A stretch of 64,000 nt of DNA from Candidatus Omnitrophota bacterium (GCA_029261035.1 JAJDCD010000004.1:4765-68764), one strand, 5' to 3'. Shown: positions 44,101 through 52,779, numbered from the stretch's first letter. Program-made: numbers and translations. The notes: a model not told the origin generated them from the letters alone.

Positions 44101-45807
44101 TACGCCTGAAGAAATAACAGGAAAAACAGAATCCCCTACCGTATTAAAAGTATTATGAACACCCAACGCGATACTTTCTAAATGAAATTGAAGCAATGAT
44201 GTTGGGTCATCTAAATAAGTTCCAGCACTCACTCTTGCACGGTCTACTGTATCCCGAGCCAAAGGTTTTAGAGAGTCAAACTTTTGTTTGGTCATTAATT
44301 CTCTGTACTGATTAGGATTAAACTGAGAAACATTTGGAGAAACAATCACATAAGACCAATCACTAGCTCTAAGTAAAGAGCTAATTCCTTCACTATGAAA
44401 ACCTCCAGCAACCAAAGCCATTTGCTTGATTTGTTTATCAGAAGTATGCTGTTTTAGATTACTAACAAAAGATTCATCACGAGAACGAGCCAATAAATAA
44501 AATTCCATAACATCATTTAGCAAAAGATTCATTTTGAATTCTTGATCTTCATTCAATTGCACCAATCCTTCAAACAATGAAATTAATGTAGTTTCTTTTA
44601 AAACGCGTGAAAGCTCTTCTAAATCTTTTCGAGTTAGCTCTAACTTAAAAGCATTTTCAATCAACTGAATCATTTCAGACTGAACAAAAACCTTCTTTGC
44701 TTTTTCAGCAATAAGTAACTTTTGATAAATATGATTTTCAATAGAATCAAGCTCTTCAAATAACTGTGTCCCCACCAACTCTTCTTTCAAGATCAAAGAA
44801 GAAGAAAACTGAGTTAACTGTGGATAAGACTTCCAATCGATGGAAAGACCTTCTGTAGCAAGGTACAACTTATCAAAATAATGACGTGCTCCTAAAGGAA
44901 ACTGAGATTCACCTAAATTATTGAGAATAAATTCTTTCTCAGGAGAGTCTAGCAACTTTTCTGACAATACAACTTTCAATGCTTCTACTTCTGCTTTTAA
45001 CTTCTTCATATTCACATTCTTACCAGAGTCTTGAAGTTTCAAAATACGCACTAAATGAGGAAAGCGTGCTTGAGCATCAGATTTACTTAGATCCATACTC
45101 AACATTCTTTTAGTCAGCTTAGAAACCGTGTTGATATAAGCAATCGTTTGATCTGAAGTATTAAATGCTGCCTCTTTTTGTTTTTCTAACTCTCTTAACT
45201 TTACATCATAATAGGTTTTTTTTAATTCTTTGATTCTTGCTTTAACAGGCTCTAATAGGGGAAGGTAAAGAGCTGCTTTTTTACTAATATCTCTATAAGC
45301 TTTAATGTTCTTTTGATATAACTTCCTGTCATCCACACCAACAACATTGGTTTGACCCTGAGTCTGATAAGCAAACCATTCTGTTCCAGACAACTCACCT
45401 TTATCTACTAGCTGCTGCAACACTTGTTTATTAATTTCAGGCAAAGGAAGAAAGTTTAAATTAATAGGATCAATCGGTGTATCTGCTGCCTCAACACCCA
45501 CATGATTGATTTTATGTTGATCAAGAAGATGATTTAAAATCGAAGAGATGTTCTTTTGCGCACTTGGATTTGTATGTGCGTCCTGAATAAATACTAGAGT
45601 AGGTTTTGCTTGATCCCCTACATGAACGTCTTCAATCACCCCGAATTTTTCTGGAATCGATATATCTAAAATTTTTGATTGCTGGTTTGCAACTTGCTGT
45701 AGCACATTCACAGATGGATTTGCATAAACGGAATTTGATAATGTAAATACGGCGATGAGCGCCCAAACTATAGACTTGAACTCCACAGATGTTTTACCTA
45801 ATGACAT
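38107..45807 (-). CDS. Giant (2566 aa) exported modular protein, paralogue of the 4711-aa protein; degenerate GAPDH + GAPDH + GlpX-like cargo
   Basis: Signal peptide (..IVWALIAVFTLSNSVYA); IQDAHTNPSAQKNI, RDESF, AGGFHSEGI; GAPDH GRGRIG, ASCTTN, HGYT, STTGASKA, WYDNEMGY; C-terminal ~320 aa alignable with the neighbour; GGGGAGG RBS. Confidence 0.85.
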   Translation of the reverse strand: MSLGKTSVEFKSIVWALIAVFTLSNSVYANPSVNVLQQVANQQSKILDISIPEKFGVIEDVHVGDQAKPTLVFIQDAHTNPSAQKNISSILNHLLDQHKINHVGVEAADTPIDPINLNFLPLPEINKQVLQQLVDKGELSGTEWFAYQTQGQTNVVGVDDRKLYQKNIKAYRDISKKAALYLPLLEPVKARIKELKKTYYDVKLRELEKQKEAAFNTSDQTIAYINTVSKLTKRMLSMDLSKSDAQARFPHLVRILKLQDSGKNVNMKKLKAEVEALKVVLSEKLLDSPEKEFILNNLGESQFPLGARHYFDKLYLATEGLSIDWKSYPQLTQFSSSLILKEELVGTQLFEELDSIENHIYQKLLIAEKAKKVFVQSEMIQLIENAFKLELTRKDLEELSRVLKETTLISLFEGLVQLNEDQEFKMNLLLNDVMEFYLLARSRDESFVSNLKQHTSDKQIKQMALVAGGFHSEGISSLLRASDWSYVIVSPNVSQFNPNQYRELMTKQKFDSLKPLARDTVDRARVSAGTYLDDPTSLLQFHLESIALGVHNTFNTVGDSVFPVISSGVNSRLKLNANLAAFDRIELEAARSHSSRVSESVFRVSGNGASRLVSIILETSPVTGEANVLYSGVASANSLGVAVAREQVLDQPIQLAINVGAPDYYQDLSQIQLVTQLSEPQVEEFRSVASNFPKNTNVNPYTLYNRDLISMLWALIGDPNISLNEIFGVANPQSLFNLVVSNTVFGRLPGKLLLIEEEGVFYLSINDKRIKLNPELPHNDNVDGYDTLIDMSDSRNSGESEENLLKRLEDLRSKSSLSSVISYNPLSDLKTKRPIIYGQNSEVLLREDEVHFVPSLGTQVAGNVLALLQRSDLNEDISAYTGLSVKTPAELMDRELQTLRAGMGTALSLEFPEWAGYNKTNDGELVQASLNSMNFAAPFKGASIVDFTIQLKADSELLKLNPEERKKKIIAALQAGLKRTGSENFVRLQKEGEPLESLMLSDHRELAIIGIEDMIVGGEGQVLIPVWSNELGRVQTFMNMLVNDRSNYPIETTSQDNVPSNSIPVVDSSDTKYMPAQLPEGERIYYGITGGRGRIGKGILRLLYKDPNYYPAFLNGVSDVIALVQQMQADIVHKAYPWVAEAVKEGPGKDFLVLKDKQTDEVVYKIPIFNIRLARSGNKEDAAAKFIRDMVTMLRGLKGPNEEAINIEVLFDAVGEDDGFNRPLHHSLAIAGVQRIIKTYPAKKDGIKNIVFGINHVEDIREEIERAHMAKEEYQRIIPTSAYGAIPEEVPLVVETISCASCTTNGVGPGLSRLNGYLLDEGFPSMFDAVFITEHGYTLSQSSLGSASRVPKKGPSLVNDPTMLGAISTTGASKAYVKADPLFKGKFEGASRRLANPDGSAVWTSLRIGINNINDVPTVEQVNAQAYSWANSDALRGIFGYDEIQNTSQLHNRSESSIFDPSGTSVTVSPDKDYVVIQIKEWYDNEMGYTHRVIDVEKYAALLSRGLIEDDTDYGPSVVSAVKLPGQPYLHTYNGDAEAIIKDQVVGKETIIASPNVTYIPLINLLKKQPPAFFTSEQKKYLKRMVDEFLVPVLQRARDLKQGFPSLYHKGRSFKSLQVTGIKDVMSFTSTEGHQYFMLPQYIADEGFLNINIPFSFVEKVVTTDDHHAYYQLILMGIFQEVMGLSYPEALVAAKHYNKEATQGVSDLPDMTRAMLDLMREQAKSDDEARDYLNGAMKDNVGFVFGETVRNSLVKRRAAPEYMNTIRNELTVMAHLINGYIAGPVVNGKGIPATPQELVSVLNADNLVSQNEIPTEVLSKASLSRDLVAAASMVPVVQRFRGVSLQKPLDDHLLTGLLDSTTTDQIKGLLGSRDLSVLPIATGGSVKDQSKLDPGHMIGSGKDDIARIIVNPLDKKRALLRSGEVDEPGAISSFIVFDEPEDSVNAPRAFPMLYGNAFFGSFKKGVSSEMKQRILEQLAENPIDPDADPIETIKFWAGVNGVVYNPTSNQPGQLSNVTVHVLDSVGDRQHETARINALEEFKQESGIEIDKIQHGTLEPALEAVWGNSDDRIHIFLSTSGIAEILTAMTLAGRESSYGSFRVMSRAGLENAQSIEPQFAYNFSRQESSKIGSFQRELAGEILPKRSKSPSTPKKIFDTIHNFNGNFEATLVPVTANPALNLPGIREINNREFVVPLVRIVRTSQTELHRWVEYFNVKVDSREGYSWTPIAAPQSEAGVEANSLGGAKINRVQQILLGEQSILDALASGDVSNLPGDYFLTPEQMIAAGNAFASSVYAEDSADALLAELNRVSENDVDSTDVLIRYLKDNPAGLLSSLFATSKPQLGVTVRQSSITSASEVVTGALANEGSLTVLVLDQLNQDLSRFTSEVAALDLPEEEKQSISDRIVFVEPREFSVEGIQDAIESILTSKFTDILGRKVTLTKLVNNLSQTLNVSAPSKGLNQHLVVLAEKELLPDADRLKGKQLISVERKALSDVQWDSYKLFAGALAGKLAVVGGFDKLPTDVRGALKKVRGNNVFTFSDQFMQLMSGLWNEFQGYQRIRESA

Positions 45808-46003
45808 AAATATTTCCTCCCCTTGGAAATCATTTTATTTTATTATTATTAAGAGTGTCTGAAATCTTTTATTAAAGTCTTAACTGCATGACCAAAAAAA
45901 ATCGTTTCCCAATAAGGTACTGAGAAACAATTACTTAAGATAGCTAACGATATCTCAACAAAAATCCATTTTACTCAAACTTTCTCCATGAAATATGACT
46001 GGA

Positions 46004-46031
46004 AGTTTACACTGTATTTAAGAAATGTCAA
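46004..46031 (-). promoter_or_regulatory. Putative promoter for the giant-gene pair
   Basis: TTGACA-N16-TAAACT ~200 nt upstream of the 2566-aa gene. Confidence 0.5.
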
Positions 46032-46083
46032 GCCACCGGTTTAACTCAAAAACATAAGGTAGATTCATATTGAATTACTTCAT

Positions 46084-46137
46084 TTGGCACACCCAAGTTG
46101 GGTACCGAGTGTGCCGGGTCTGGAAGACCTGGCACAC
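46084..46137. repeat. Double-hairpin dispersed element, copy 2
   Basis: acccaagttgggt and gtgtgccgggtct-gga-agacctggcacac; shares 27 identical nt with 146-172. Confidence 0.8.
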
Positions 46138-46238
46138 AATAAAGTGATAATTTAAAACAAATATGAAAGGAATCTATATCGATATGTAAGTAGTTTAAAT
46201 ATAAGAGGATAAGAAAATTAACTAAGAGCCAAGGTGAA

Positions 46239-46718
46239 TTACTCGCGAAAATCCGGATCAATTTTGCGTATTTTAGCCAAAACGCGGTTTAATTCCTGAG
46301 CTACTTCAGAGAAAAAATCTCCTGTTCTCAGCTTAATATCATTTTTAGGGGTGTGCCCATCCGCTGTTCTTTTAAGAACCGACTGGATACGAAAAATAGG
46401 TCCAACCACTTTTCGCAAGAAGAAAATACTAGACCAAGCCGCTATAAGTACTGTAACTAAAACAACTAAGAAGATTCGAATCAAGATCTCCTGCTCTACA
46501 ATATTAAGCACTTCCATAATACTCACCTTAGAAGTACGAGCCAATTCCTGAGCCAGAATATCTGCAACCGTATGATGCACAACAATACTTAATGCAAACC
46601 CTGTAAAAATAGTAACAATAATCATCCATATAAAATACTGTCTCTGAATAGGTTTATAAAGACGGAGATGCTCGAGGGATTTTCTTTTATTGAGTTGTTT
46701 TTTAAAGTCATATTTCAT
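46239..46718 (-). CDS. Two-TM membrane protein with a HAMP-like C-terminus
   Basis: Two hydrophobic helices, then 'KVVGPIFRIQSVLKRTADG...KLRTGDFFSEVAQELN'. Confidence 0.7.
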   Translation of the reverse strand: MKYDFKKQLNKRKSLEHLRLYKPIQRQYFIWMIIVTIFTGFALSIVVHHTVADILAQELARTSKVSIMEVLNIVEQEILIRIFLVVLVTVLIAAWSSIFFLRKVVGPIFRIQSVLKRTADGHTPKNDIKLRTGDFFSEVAQELNRVLAKIRKIDPDFRE

Positions 46719-46804
46719 AAAAGCCTATTACCTATTTAAATATAAAGACTTATGAACATAAAAAATAAAAACGGCTTAGATCCTACTGTAAAGATAAGTA
46801 TAAC

Positions 46805-47566
46805 CTATTTTAACTTATTTTGCTGAAGAAGTGCTAATCCCTTTAAAGTGAGATGTTTATCATATTTTTTATCGACTTTTCTTAGGAAGGGCTTAATAAA
46901 CTCATAACCCCCACCTGTAATAATAACCCTTAGCTTCTTCTTCCAACGAGATCGAGCCAATTCTTGATATTCCTTAATCATATCTCGTATCATTACCCCA
47001 TAGCCATAGGAGATGCCGTAATTAACACAATCCTCTGTGTTTTTACCTATAATTTTAGGGTTTTTAGGGAATTTAAGAGGAAATCGAGATAACTTAGCAG
47101 CCCCATCCTGAAGTGCCCTAAAAGCCAATTCACGGCCAGGAAAAATCAACCCTCCATCAAAGCTCTTTTTAGGTCCTCCAAGGTCAAAAGAAACAGCCGT
47201 CCCCAAATCTATCACCAAACAAGGCCAACCGTATAGGTTCCCTGCACTATATACATTAACCGTTCGGTCTACTCCAAGTTTATCTAAGTTACTATAATTA
47301 TTAGAGATAGGTATACTTTTATTATTAATAATCTGTATCTTACACTCTGGAAAGGAGTTAGAGATGATTTTCTTCAATTTAACATTAATTGTGGGATTTA
47401 CAGAGCATATAGAGGCTTTTTTAGGGTTAAACCTCCCACTTTCAATCCATTTAGGCAGTTTATTTGGGAACTCCATATAATTGAAGCTTTTAGCGTCCAA
47501 AACCTTTGTTTTAGACACCTTCCCCACACTCAACGTCGTATTCCCAACATCAATCACTAAATTCAC
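46805..47566 (-). CDS. coaX: Type III pantothenate kinase
   Basis: IDVGNT, LGVDR, IDLGTAVSFD, GGLIFPG, ITGG, LTLKGL; GTG start at 47566 behind AAGGAG. Confidence 0.93.
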   Translation of the reverse strand: MNLVIDVGNTTLSVGKVSKTKVLDAKSFNYMEFPNKLPKWIESGRFNPKKASICSVNPTINVKLKKIISNSFPECKIQIINNKSIPISNNYSNLDKLGVDRTVNVYSAGNLYGWPCLVIDLGTAVSFDLGGPKKSFDGGLIFPGRELAFRALQDGAAKLSRFPLKFPKNPKIIGKNTEDCVNYGISYGYGVMIRDMIKEYQELARSRWKKKLRVIITGGGYEFIKPFLRKVDKKYDKHLTLKGLALLQQNKLK

Positions 47567-47578
47567 ACCAAACTCCTT

Positions 47579-47606
47579 TGTCATCCCGGACTCGATCCGG
47601 GATCCA
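47579..47606. repeat. GTCATCCCGG...CCGGGATCCA palindromic half element
   Basis: tgtcatcccggactcgatccgggatcca, related to 38031-38098. Confidence 0.7.
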
Positions 47607-47630
47607 GCGTCTTTACGCAATATTGTTATT

Positions 47631-47732
47631 TGGGACAGTCCCCAAAAAAGGGACAGTCCCTTTAACAAGCCAATCTAAAACTCTTTTGCCATGACAGCAC
47701 TTAAGGGACTGTCCCAATGTGGGACTGTCCCT
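47631..47732. repeat. GGGAC-W-GTCCC variant of the GTGAC-W-GTCAC element
   Basis: gggacagtccc x2, then inverted gggactgtccc x2, between birA and coaX. Confidence 0.85.
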
Positions 47733-47736
47733 ATAA

Positions 47737-48273
47737 TCACGAAAACTCTTTCACTATTTCTTCACAAACACATCTAATCACTGGCAAGACTTCAATTTCG
47801 TTACCCGAAACCTCATAAAATGAAATAGCATCCTCAATAGAACTGCTAGGTTTGCTATTGATGTTAATTCCAATCCCTATGATAACAAATTCTAGCTTTT
47901 CAGAACATGTTCTCGATTCCGTTAAGATCCCACAAACCTTTTTTCCTCTCAGTAAAATATCATTAGGTTCTTTTATCGATAACTCCTCTTTCAAACAATC
48001 CAACTTATCTACGAAAATAGGAATTAAAATTTCAGCAACTTTTTTTGTAATCTGAGGAGCCTCTGCAGGAACTATCGAAGGTCTAAGCAACACAGAAAAA
48101 AGAGCGTCCTTCCCTTTTTCAGACAACCACTTTCGATCAAACTGCCCTCTTCCTTTAGTTTGTTCATCTACCCATAAAACAGTGCCGTGCTCTCCACCTT
48201 TTTCGGCAAGCTTGATTAACTCTGTATTGGTTGATGGAAGAGAAGCTGCATGAATCAAAGTTAAGGAACTCAT
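47737..48273 (-). CDS. birA: Biotin--acetyl-CoA-carboxylase ligase (catalytic domain only)
   Basis: STN, QTKGRGQFDRKW, KEPND, KKVCGILTE, GIGIN; no N-terminal HTH. Confidence 0.9.
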   Translation of the reverse strand: MSSLTLIHAASLPSTNTELIKLAEKGGEHGTVLWVDEQTKGRGQFDRKWLSEKGKDALFSVLLRPSIVPAEAPQITKKVAEILIPIFVDKLDCLKEELSIKEPNDILLRGKKVCGILTESRTCSEKLEFVIIGIGININSKPSSSIEDAISFYEVSGNEIEVLPVIRCVCEEIVKEFS

Positions 48274-48287
48274 ATTTCCTCTTTTCA

Positions 48288-48326
48288 GTCATTGCGAGGC
48301 TTTAACAAAAGAGCCGCGGCAATCTC
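48288..48326. repeat. GTCATTGCGAG element, half copy
   Basis: gtcattgcgagg...gagccgcggcaatctc matches the left half of 19280-19389. Confidence 0.8.
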
Positions 48327-48379
48327 GGATGGTATTTTTTCCATACTCGGTTTTCTATACTCTATATTGATGATCGAAC

Positions 48380-49510
48380 TTATTCATCAATATAAAATCT
48401 CGGGATCTTTTCTGATAAACCCGTTAAAATTTCATAAGGGATGGTATTTGCTTTTTCTGCCAACTCACTTACTGTAATTTTGTTTTTTCCCTGAGTTCCA
48501 ATTAAAACAACTTCATCATTTTCTTGGACATCTGTTTTATTTCCTAAATAAATGATTATTTGATCCATACATACATTACCCACCACAGGATAATAAACTC
48601 CTCTGATCAGAACTCTTGATTTATTGGATAACGCATAAGGATAACCCTGCCCATAGCCAATCGGGAGAACTCCAACAAAACCTTCATCAGGCATTGTGAA
48701 ATGGCATCCATAACTTACGGTATGCCCCTTGGGCAATTTCTTTTTTAGGTGCACCTGCGTTTTTAATTCTAAGACAGGAATAATTTCATCCGTAAATTTT
48801 GAAATTCCATACAAGGATAAACCAGGTCTCACCATATTAAAATGAGACTCTTCACTGTTAAAAAGAGAATCACTGTTAGCCATATGATAAAAAGGAACTT
48901 GTATTCGATTATCTTCAACTTGTTTAATGAAAGATTGAAACAGATTTATTTGAACTTTATTTAAAGGGTCGTTCGAATCATCCGCAACAGGACAATGCGT
49001 CATCAAACCTTCTAATAATAGAAAAGGAAGATCCTTTATTTCTAACACCAAAGACAAAGCATCTTCACAAACAACCCCCATACGCCCCATGCCCGTATCT
49101 ACTTTTACATGTACCTTTAAGGGCTTTTGGTAAACATCCGCATAAGCATGTAGCTTTTTAGCATGTTCCAAAGATGAAACAACCACCGCGTAATCATTCT
49201 CAATACAACGCTCTACATCTTCCTCACGAATAATCCCAAAAATTAAAACTGGGACATCAACACCCGCTTCTCTAATGGAATCAGCCTCTTGCACTTGTGC
49301 CACTCCAAAACAGTCCACAAAAGAAGATAAACACTTAGCCACAGACTGAACGCCATGACCATAACCATTAGCCTTAACAACGCTTAAAATTCGTGTCTTA
49401 GAACCTACTTTATGACGGATATGTGACAAATTGGTTAGTAAATGAGGAAGGTTAACTTCAATCCAAACATTATCTTTTATCTCTTGTTTAAGATCGAGAA
49501 GATTTGACAT
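48380..49510 (-). CDS. alr: Alanine racemase
   Basis: VVKANGYGHG, HVKVDTGMGRMG, VRPGLSLYG, VSYG, VCMDQ, TIPYEI. Confidence 0.96.
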   Translation of the reverse strand: MSNLLDLKQEIKDNVWIEVNLPHLLTNLSHIRHKVGSKTRILSVVKANGYGHGVQSVAKCLSSFVDCFGVAQVQEADSIREAGVDVPVLIFGIIREEDVERCIENDYAVVVSSLEHAKKLHAYADVYQKPLKVHVKVDTGMGRMGVVCEDALSLVLEIKDLPFLLLEGLMTHCPVADDSNDPLNKVQINLFQSFIKQVEDNRIQVPFYHMANSDSLFNSEESHFNMVRPGLSLYGISKFTDEIIPVLELKTQVHLKKKLPKGHTVSYGCHFTMPDEGFVGVLPIGYGQGYPYALSNKSRVLIRGVYYPVVGNVCMDQIIIYLGNKTDVQENDEVVLIGTQGKNKITVSELAEKANTIPYEILTGLSEKIPRFYIDE

Positions 49511-50213
49511 GCGCTACTTTCGATTTTTTAAAATTAGGTTCCTGTAGATAAAGAGGTAACATTTCTAGCGGCTTAAGCGGTTTCAAAATTTCTTGCCTTT
49601 CTAAAAAAAGCTCTGCTAAATAACTACTCATAGGATAATTATATTTAGTCTCTACAAAATGAGATCCCGACAAACTCTTCTTAAATTCAGAATCGTATTT
49701 CTCTAACGCATTGCCTACAACACATAAATTAGCCCCAGAAACTGCTTTCAGCTTCTCCAAACCTTTTTCCAACAGCAGGCACTGAGGTTTCCACTTTTGT
49801 TTAAAACCCGTCTTTTTCATTTCGTACAAAGCCAAATAGACTTTACCCTGGTGAGCATCCAACGCAACAGCAACTTGTCCTGGAAAAGAACTAAGCCTTC
49901 TCCCAAGAACATCCATAGTACAAATGGAATAACAAGGCTTTCTATTCGCCGTTGCCAACCCTTGAAGTGTAGCAAAACCCACTCGTAGCCCTGTAAAAGA
50001 ACCCGGCCCAGAACCAATAACAAAAGCATCGCAATCTTTAATCTCTAAATTAACATTGGCTAACGCTTTTTCAAAAAATGGAATTAACTTTTCTGCATGT
50101 TGATAAATACCCGAAAAGTTAATCTCACTACTAATTCGATTACCCCCTTGAAGATCCGAGAAAGCCGTCACACTCAAATTTGCAGAAGAAGTATCAAACG
50201 CTAATATGTTCAT
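49488..50213 (-). CDS. tsaB: tRNA t6A biosynthesis protein TsaB
   Basis: MNILAFDTS, HAEKL, GPGSFTGLRVG, LDAH, PLYL. Confidence 0.95.
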   Translation of the reverse strand: MNILAFDTSSANLSVTAFSDLQGGNRISSEINFSGIYQHAEKLIPFFEKALANVNLEIKDCDAFVIGSGPGSFTGLRVGFATLQGLATANRKPCYSICTMDVLGRRLSSFPGQVAVALDAHQGKVYLALYEMKKTGFKQKWKPQCLLLEKGLEKLKAVSGANLCVVGNALEKYDSEFKKSLSGSHFVETKYNYPMSSYLAELFLERQEILKPLKPLEMLPLYLQEPNFKKSKVAHVKSSRS

Positions 50214-50674
50214 TTAATCTTTCCTAAAATACTCTTAGATAATTTACCTGAAGCTGTGATATCCACATCTCGCTCGGTGGGTTTATCCCCATATTCTAAT
50301 CGAATGGTCAAGTAATCTGAAGGGTAAAAAGACTCTCCCTTTTCGGCCCATTCAGCCAAAACAACCGCCTCTGGAGAATCAAAAAACTCGGTCAAGCCCA
50401 AAGCCTCCAAATCCTGCTCCGTCTCCATACGATACAAGTCGTAATGATACACAGGAAACTTAGCATCATAGATATTCATGATCGTAAACGTAGGGCTATT
50501 AACCTCATCTGGGTTAATCCCAAGTCCTTTAGCAAGACCTTTGGTAATTAAAGTCTTTCCTGCTCCTAAAGGCCCTATTAAAGCAATAAACAAAGGGGGT
50601 TCTATCAATTTCCCAATTTTATGCCCCAACCGCAAAGTCTCATTAATTGATTTTGATAAAAATGTTTTTCTCAT
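50210..50674 (-). CDS. tsaE: tRNA t6A biosynthesis ATPase TsaE
   Basis: GPLGAGKT, VNSPTF, HYDLYR, EWAE. Confidence 0.96.
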   Translation of the reverse strand: MRKTFLSKSINETLRLGHKIGKLIEPPLFIALIGPLGAGKTLITKGLAKGLGINPDEVNSPTFTIMNIYDAKFPVYHYDLYRMETEQDLEALGLTEFFDSPEAVVLAEWAEKGESFYPSDYLTIRLEYGDKPTERDVDITASGKLSKSILGKIK

Positions 50675-50681
50675 GACACCA

Positions 50682-51626
50682 CTAAAAGTGATTGTACCCC
50701 TTTTTTGAAATTTTGATTTTACGAGTATCTACAGGAGATGGAAATACATTTATCCCCTTTTTCACATCAACAACTTCCCCGATACATGTCACGGGTATCT
50801 TTCCAATCAAATTAGGTATTTTGCTTAAAACCTTTGGCGAAGCTGTAAACAACAACTCAAAATCCTCTCCGTCCGTTAAAGCATGCTCGATTGGCTTTTT
50901 CCGTGATTTTTTTGATAACGTTACAGCATCTTTAGAAACGGGAATCCAATCACTAAAAATCGCTGCCCCTACCCGAGATTGTTTCGTGATGTGTCCCAAA
51001 TCTTGCAGCAATCCATCCGATACATCAATCATAGCTGTAGGAGTAAAAGAAGATAATAACTTCTTCACTTCTTTAATTCTAGGACTAAAAGTTAAATGCT
51101 TTCCTAAAATAGAGCCTCCTAACAACCCTGTTACAAAAATCAGATCTCCTTTTTTCGCCCCATTTCTATAAATACATTTATTCTTAGAAACATTGCCCAT
51201 TAAAGACAACGAACCCGATATCTCTTTCGAAGAAGAAACATCTCCTCCTACAAGCATAATGCTCTGCTCTTTCAAAGCTTTAACAACACCATCCAAAAAG
51301 GAATTCACCCATTTCCACTGAGTTGCGCTAGGTAAAGACAGATTGAGTAAAGCATACTGAGGAACACCCCCCATAGCAGCAATATCACTCACATTCACAT
51401 TCACTAACTTCTTTCCTATTTCTATAGGTTTTTGTTTCTTAGACAGAAAATCCACCCCATCAACCAAAATATCCGAAGTCATTAACTGAACTTCATTTTT
51501 CTTTAGTGAAACAGCCGCACAATCATCCCCTATCCCTTTGAGAACAGTGGAGTGCCGTATAACTCCAATTTTTTTTTGGATGCGTTCTATTAACCCAAAC
51601 TCACCCACGTCTTTCATTCTATTCAT
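50682..51626 (-). CDS. thiL: Thiamine-monophosphate kinase
   Basis: GEFGLI, GIGDDCA, NVSDIAAMGG, GGD, IDVSDGL, GEDFELLFT. Confidence 0.96.
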   Translation of the reverse strand: MNRMKDVGEFGLIERIQKKIGVIRHSTVLKGIGDDCAAVSLKKNEVQLMTSDILVDGVDFLSKKQKPIEIGKKLVNVNVSDIAAMGGVPQYALLNLSLPSATQWKWVNSFLDGVVKALKEQSIMLVGGDVSSSKEISGSLSLMGNVSKNKCIYRNGAKKGDLIFVTGLLGGSILGKHLTFSPRIKEVKKLLSSFTPTAMIDVSDGLLQDLGHITKQSRVGAAIFSDWIPVSKDAVTLSKKSRKKPIEHALTDGEDFELLFTASPKVLSKIPNLIGKIPVTCIGEVVDVKKGINVFPSPVDTRKIKISKKGYNHF

Positions 51627-51635
51627 ACTAAATCC

Positions 51636-52241
51636 TTAATATATAATTTTAGGCACATCGTACAATTGACAAAAAAAGTTAATTCCCGGAATCACCAATT
51701 TCTGCAGATATCCAAACCAAAATAAAACAAAAACAATAACAACTCCCAAATACTCTATCTTCCAAATTTTTTCCGCTATCTCCGTAGGAAGCAAACCCAT
51801 TAAAACCCGAGAACCATCTAAAGGCGGAATAGGCAAAAAATTAAAAACAGCTAAACCAACATTGAAATAGATACAAAAGAGCAACACCTGCATCCCAGAC
51901 ATCTTATAAAAAATAACCAATAAGCAAGCCAACAATATATTAGAAATAGGGCCCGCCACAGCCACCAAAATCATATCTTGTCTCGGGTTTTTTAAATTAA
52001 GGAAATTCACAGGCACAGGCTTAGCCATCCCTATCGGAGGTAACCCTAAAAAGAAAAGCGCGACAGGAAACACAACCGTCCAGATAGGATCAATATGCTT
52101 CAAAGGATTCAATGTCAAACGACCCAACCTTTTGGCCGTATCATCTCCCCTATAGTAAGCCACCACCCCATGAGAAACCTCATGAACCGTAATCGTCATC
52201 AAGAATATAAATATGAATAAAGAAATATTAAGAGCTGTCAT
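51636..52241 (-). CDS. Site-2 protease family (M50) membrane metalloprotease
   Basis: HEVSH, GRLTLNPLKHID, AGPISN, FNFLPIPPLDG. Confidence 0.93.
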   Translation of the reverse strand: MTALNISLFIFIFLMTITVHEVSHGVVAYYRGDDTAKRLGRLTLNPLKHIDPIWTVVFPVALFFLGLPPIGMAKPVPVNFLNLKNPRQDMILVAVAGPISNILLACLLVIFYKMSGMQVLLFCIYFNVGLAVFNFLPIPPLDGSRVLMGLLPTEIAEKIWKIEYLGVVIVFVLFWFGYLQKLVIPGINFFCQLYDVPKIIY

Positions 52242-52397
52242 AGCTTTATATTATAACATTCCTACAAAGAGCGGAAAACTACTCAAAATAGGGTAAATAG
52301 CCCTGGGAAAGTACAATTTCTATTGAATTTACATCTATATTTGATAGGATGCCGCTCTTAGGTGATAAAACTAAATTTAAAATTACAGGAGAAAAAA

Positions 52398-52778
52398 ATG
52401 AAATTTCACGAGAGTAAGTCATTCTGTTTGGTACTTATTTTATGTGTTGCCCTCAGCGGTTGTTCTGCCTTTAGAGACTCAACGCAAAACATTAGTGTAT
52501 CATCAGACCAATCCGATGCTCAGATCTTTATTAATGGTCAATTAGCCGGAACAGGTACAGCAAGTATGGCTGTAAAACGAAATGAAAATGTTCAAATTAT
52601 GACTAAAAAAGATGGGTATGTAACAAGTCAAAAAACTATAGGTAAATCTCTTAACACTACAGGTGTCCTAGATATAATCGGAGGAGTATTATTCCTAATA
52701 CCCCTTTTTGGATTACTATCACCCGGCGCCTACAGTCTCGACCAAACAAACGTAAGTATAATGCTGGTTCAAGAATAA
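52398..52778 (+). CDS. PEGA-domain lipoprotein
   Basis: AGGAG RBS before ATG 52398; lipobox LSGC; 'SDQSDAQIFING..GT....KKDGY' PEGA pattern; C-terminal hydrophobic helix; only credible + strand gene. Confidence 0.8.
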   Translation: MKFHESKSFCLVLILCVALSGCSAFRDSTQNISVSSDQSDAQIFINGQLAGTGTASMAVKRNENVQIMTKKDGYVTSQKTIGKSLNTTGVLDIIGGVLFLIPLFGLLSPGAYSLDQTNVSIMLVQE

Positions 52779-52779
52779 C

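Noticed and set aside
23642-45807. Giant genes as a prophage, genomic island or intein-containing genes
   Set aside because: No integrase, tRNA or att site, phage genes, or intein C/S...HN motifs seen; flanks are housekeeping genes.
45808-46003. Riboswitch in the ~200-nt leader of the giant-gene pair
   Set aside because: AT-rich, with no recognisable aptamer consensus by eye; an Rfam scan would be needed.
46046-46261. 71-aa minus-strand ORF (and 160-447 plus-strand ORF)
   Set aside because: Both overlap the dispersed hairpin element and real genes; no coding signature.
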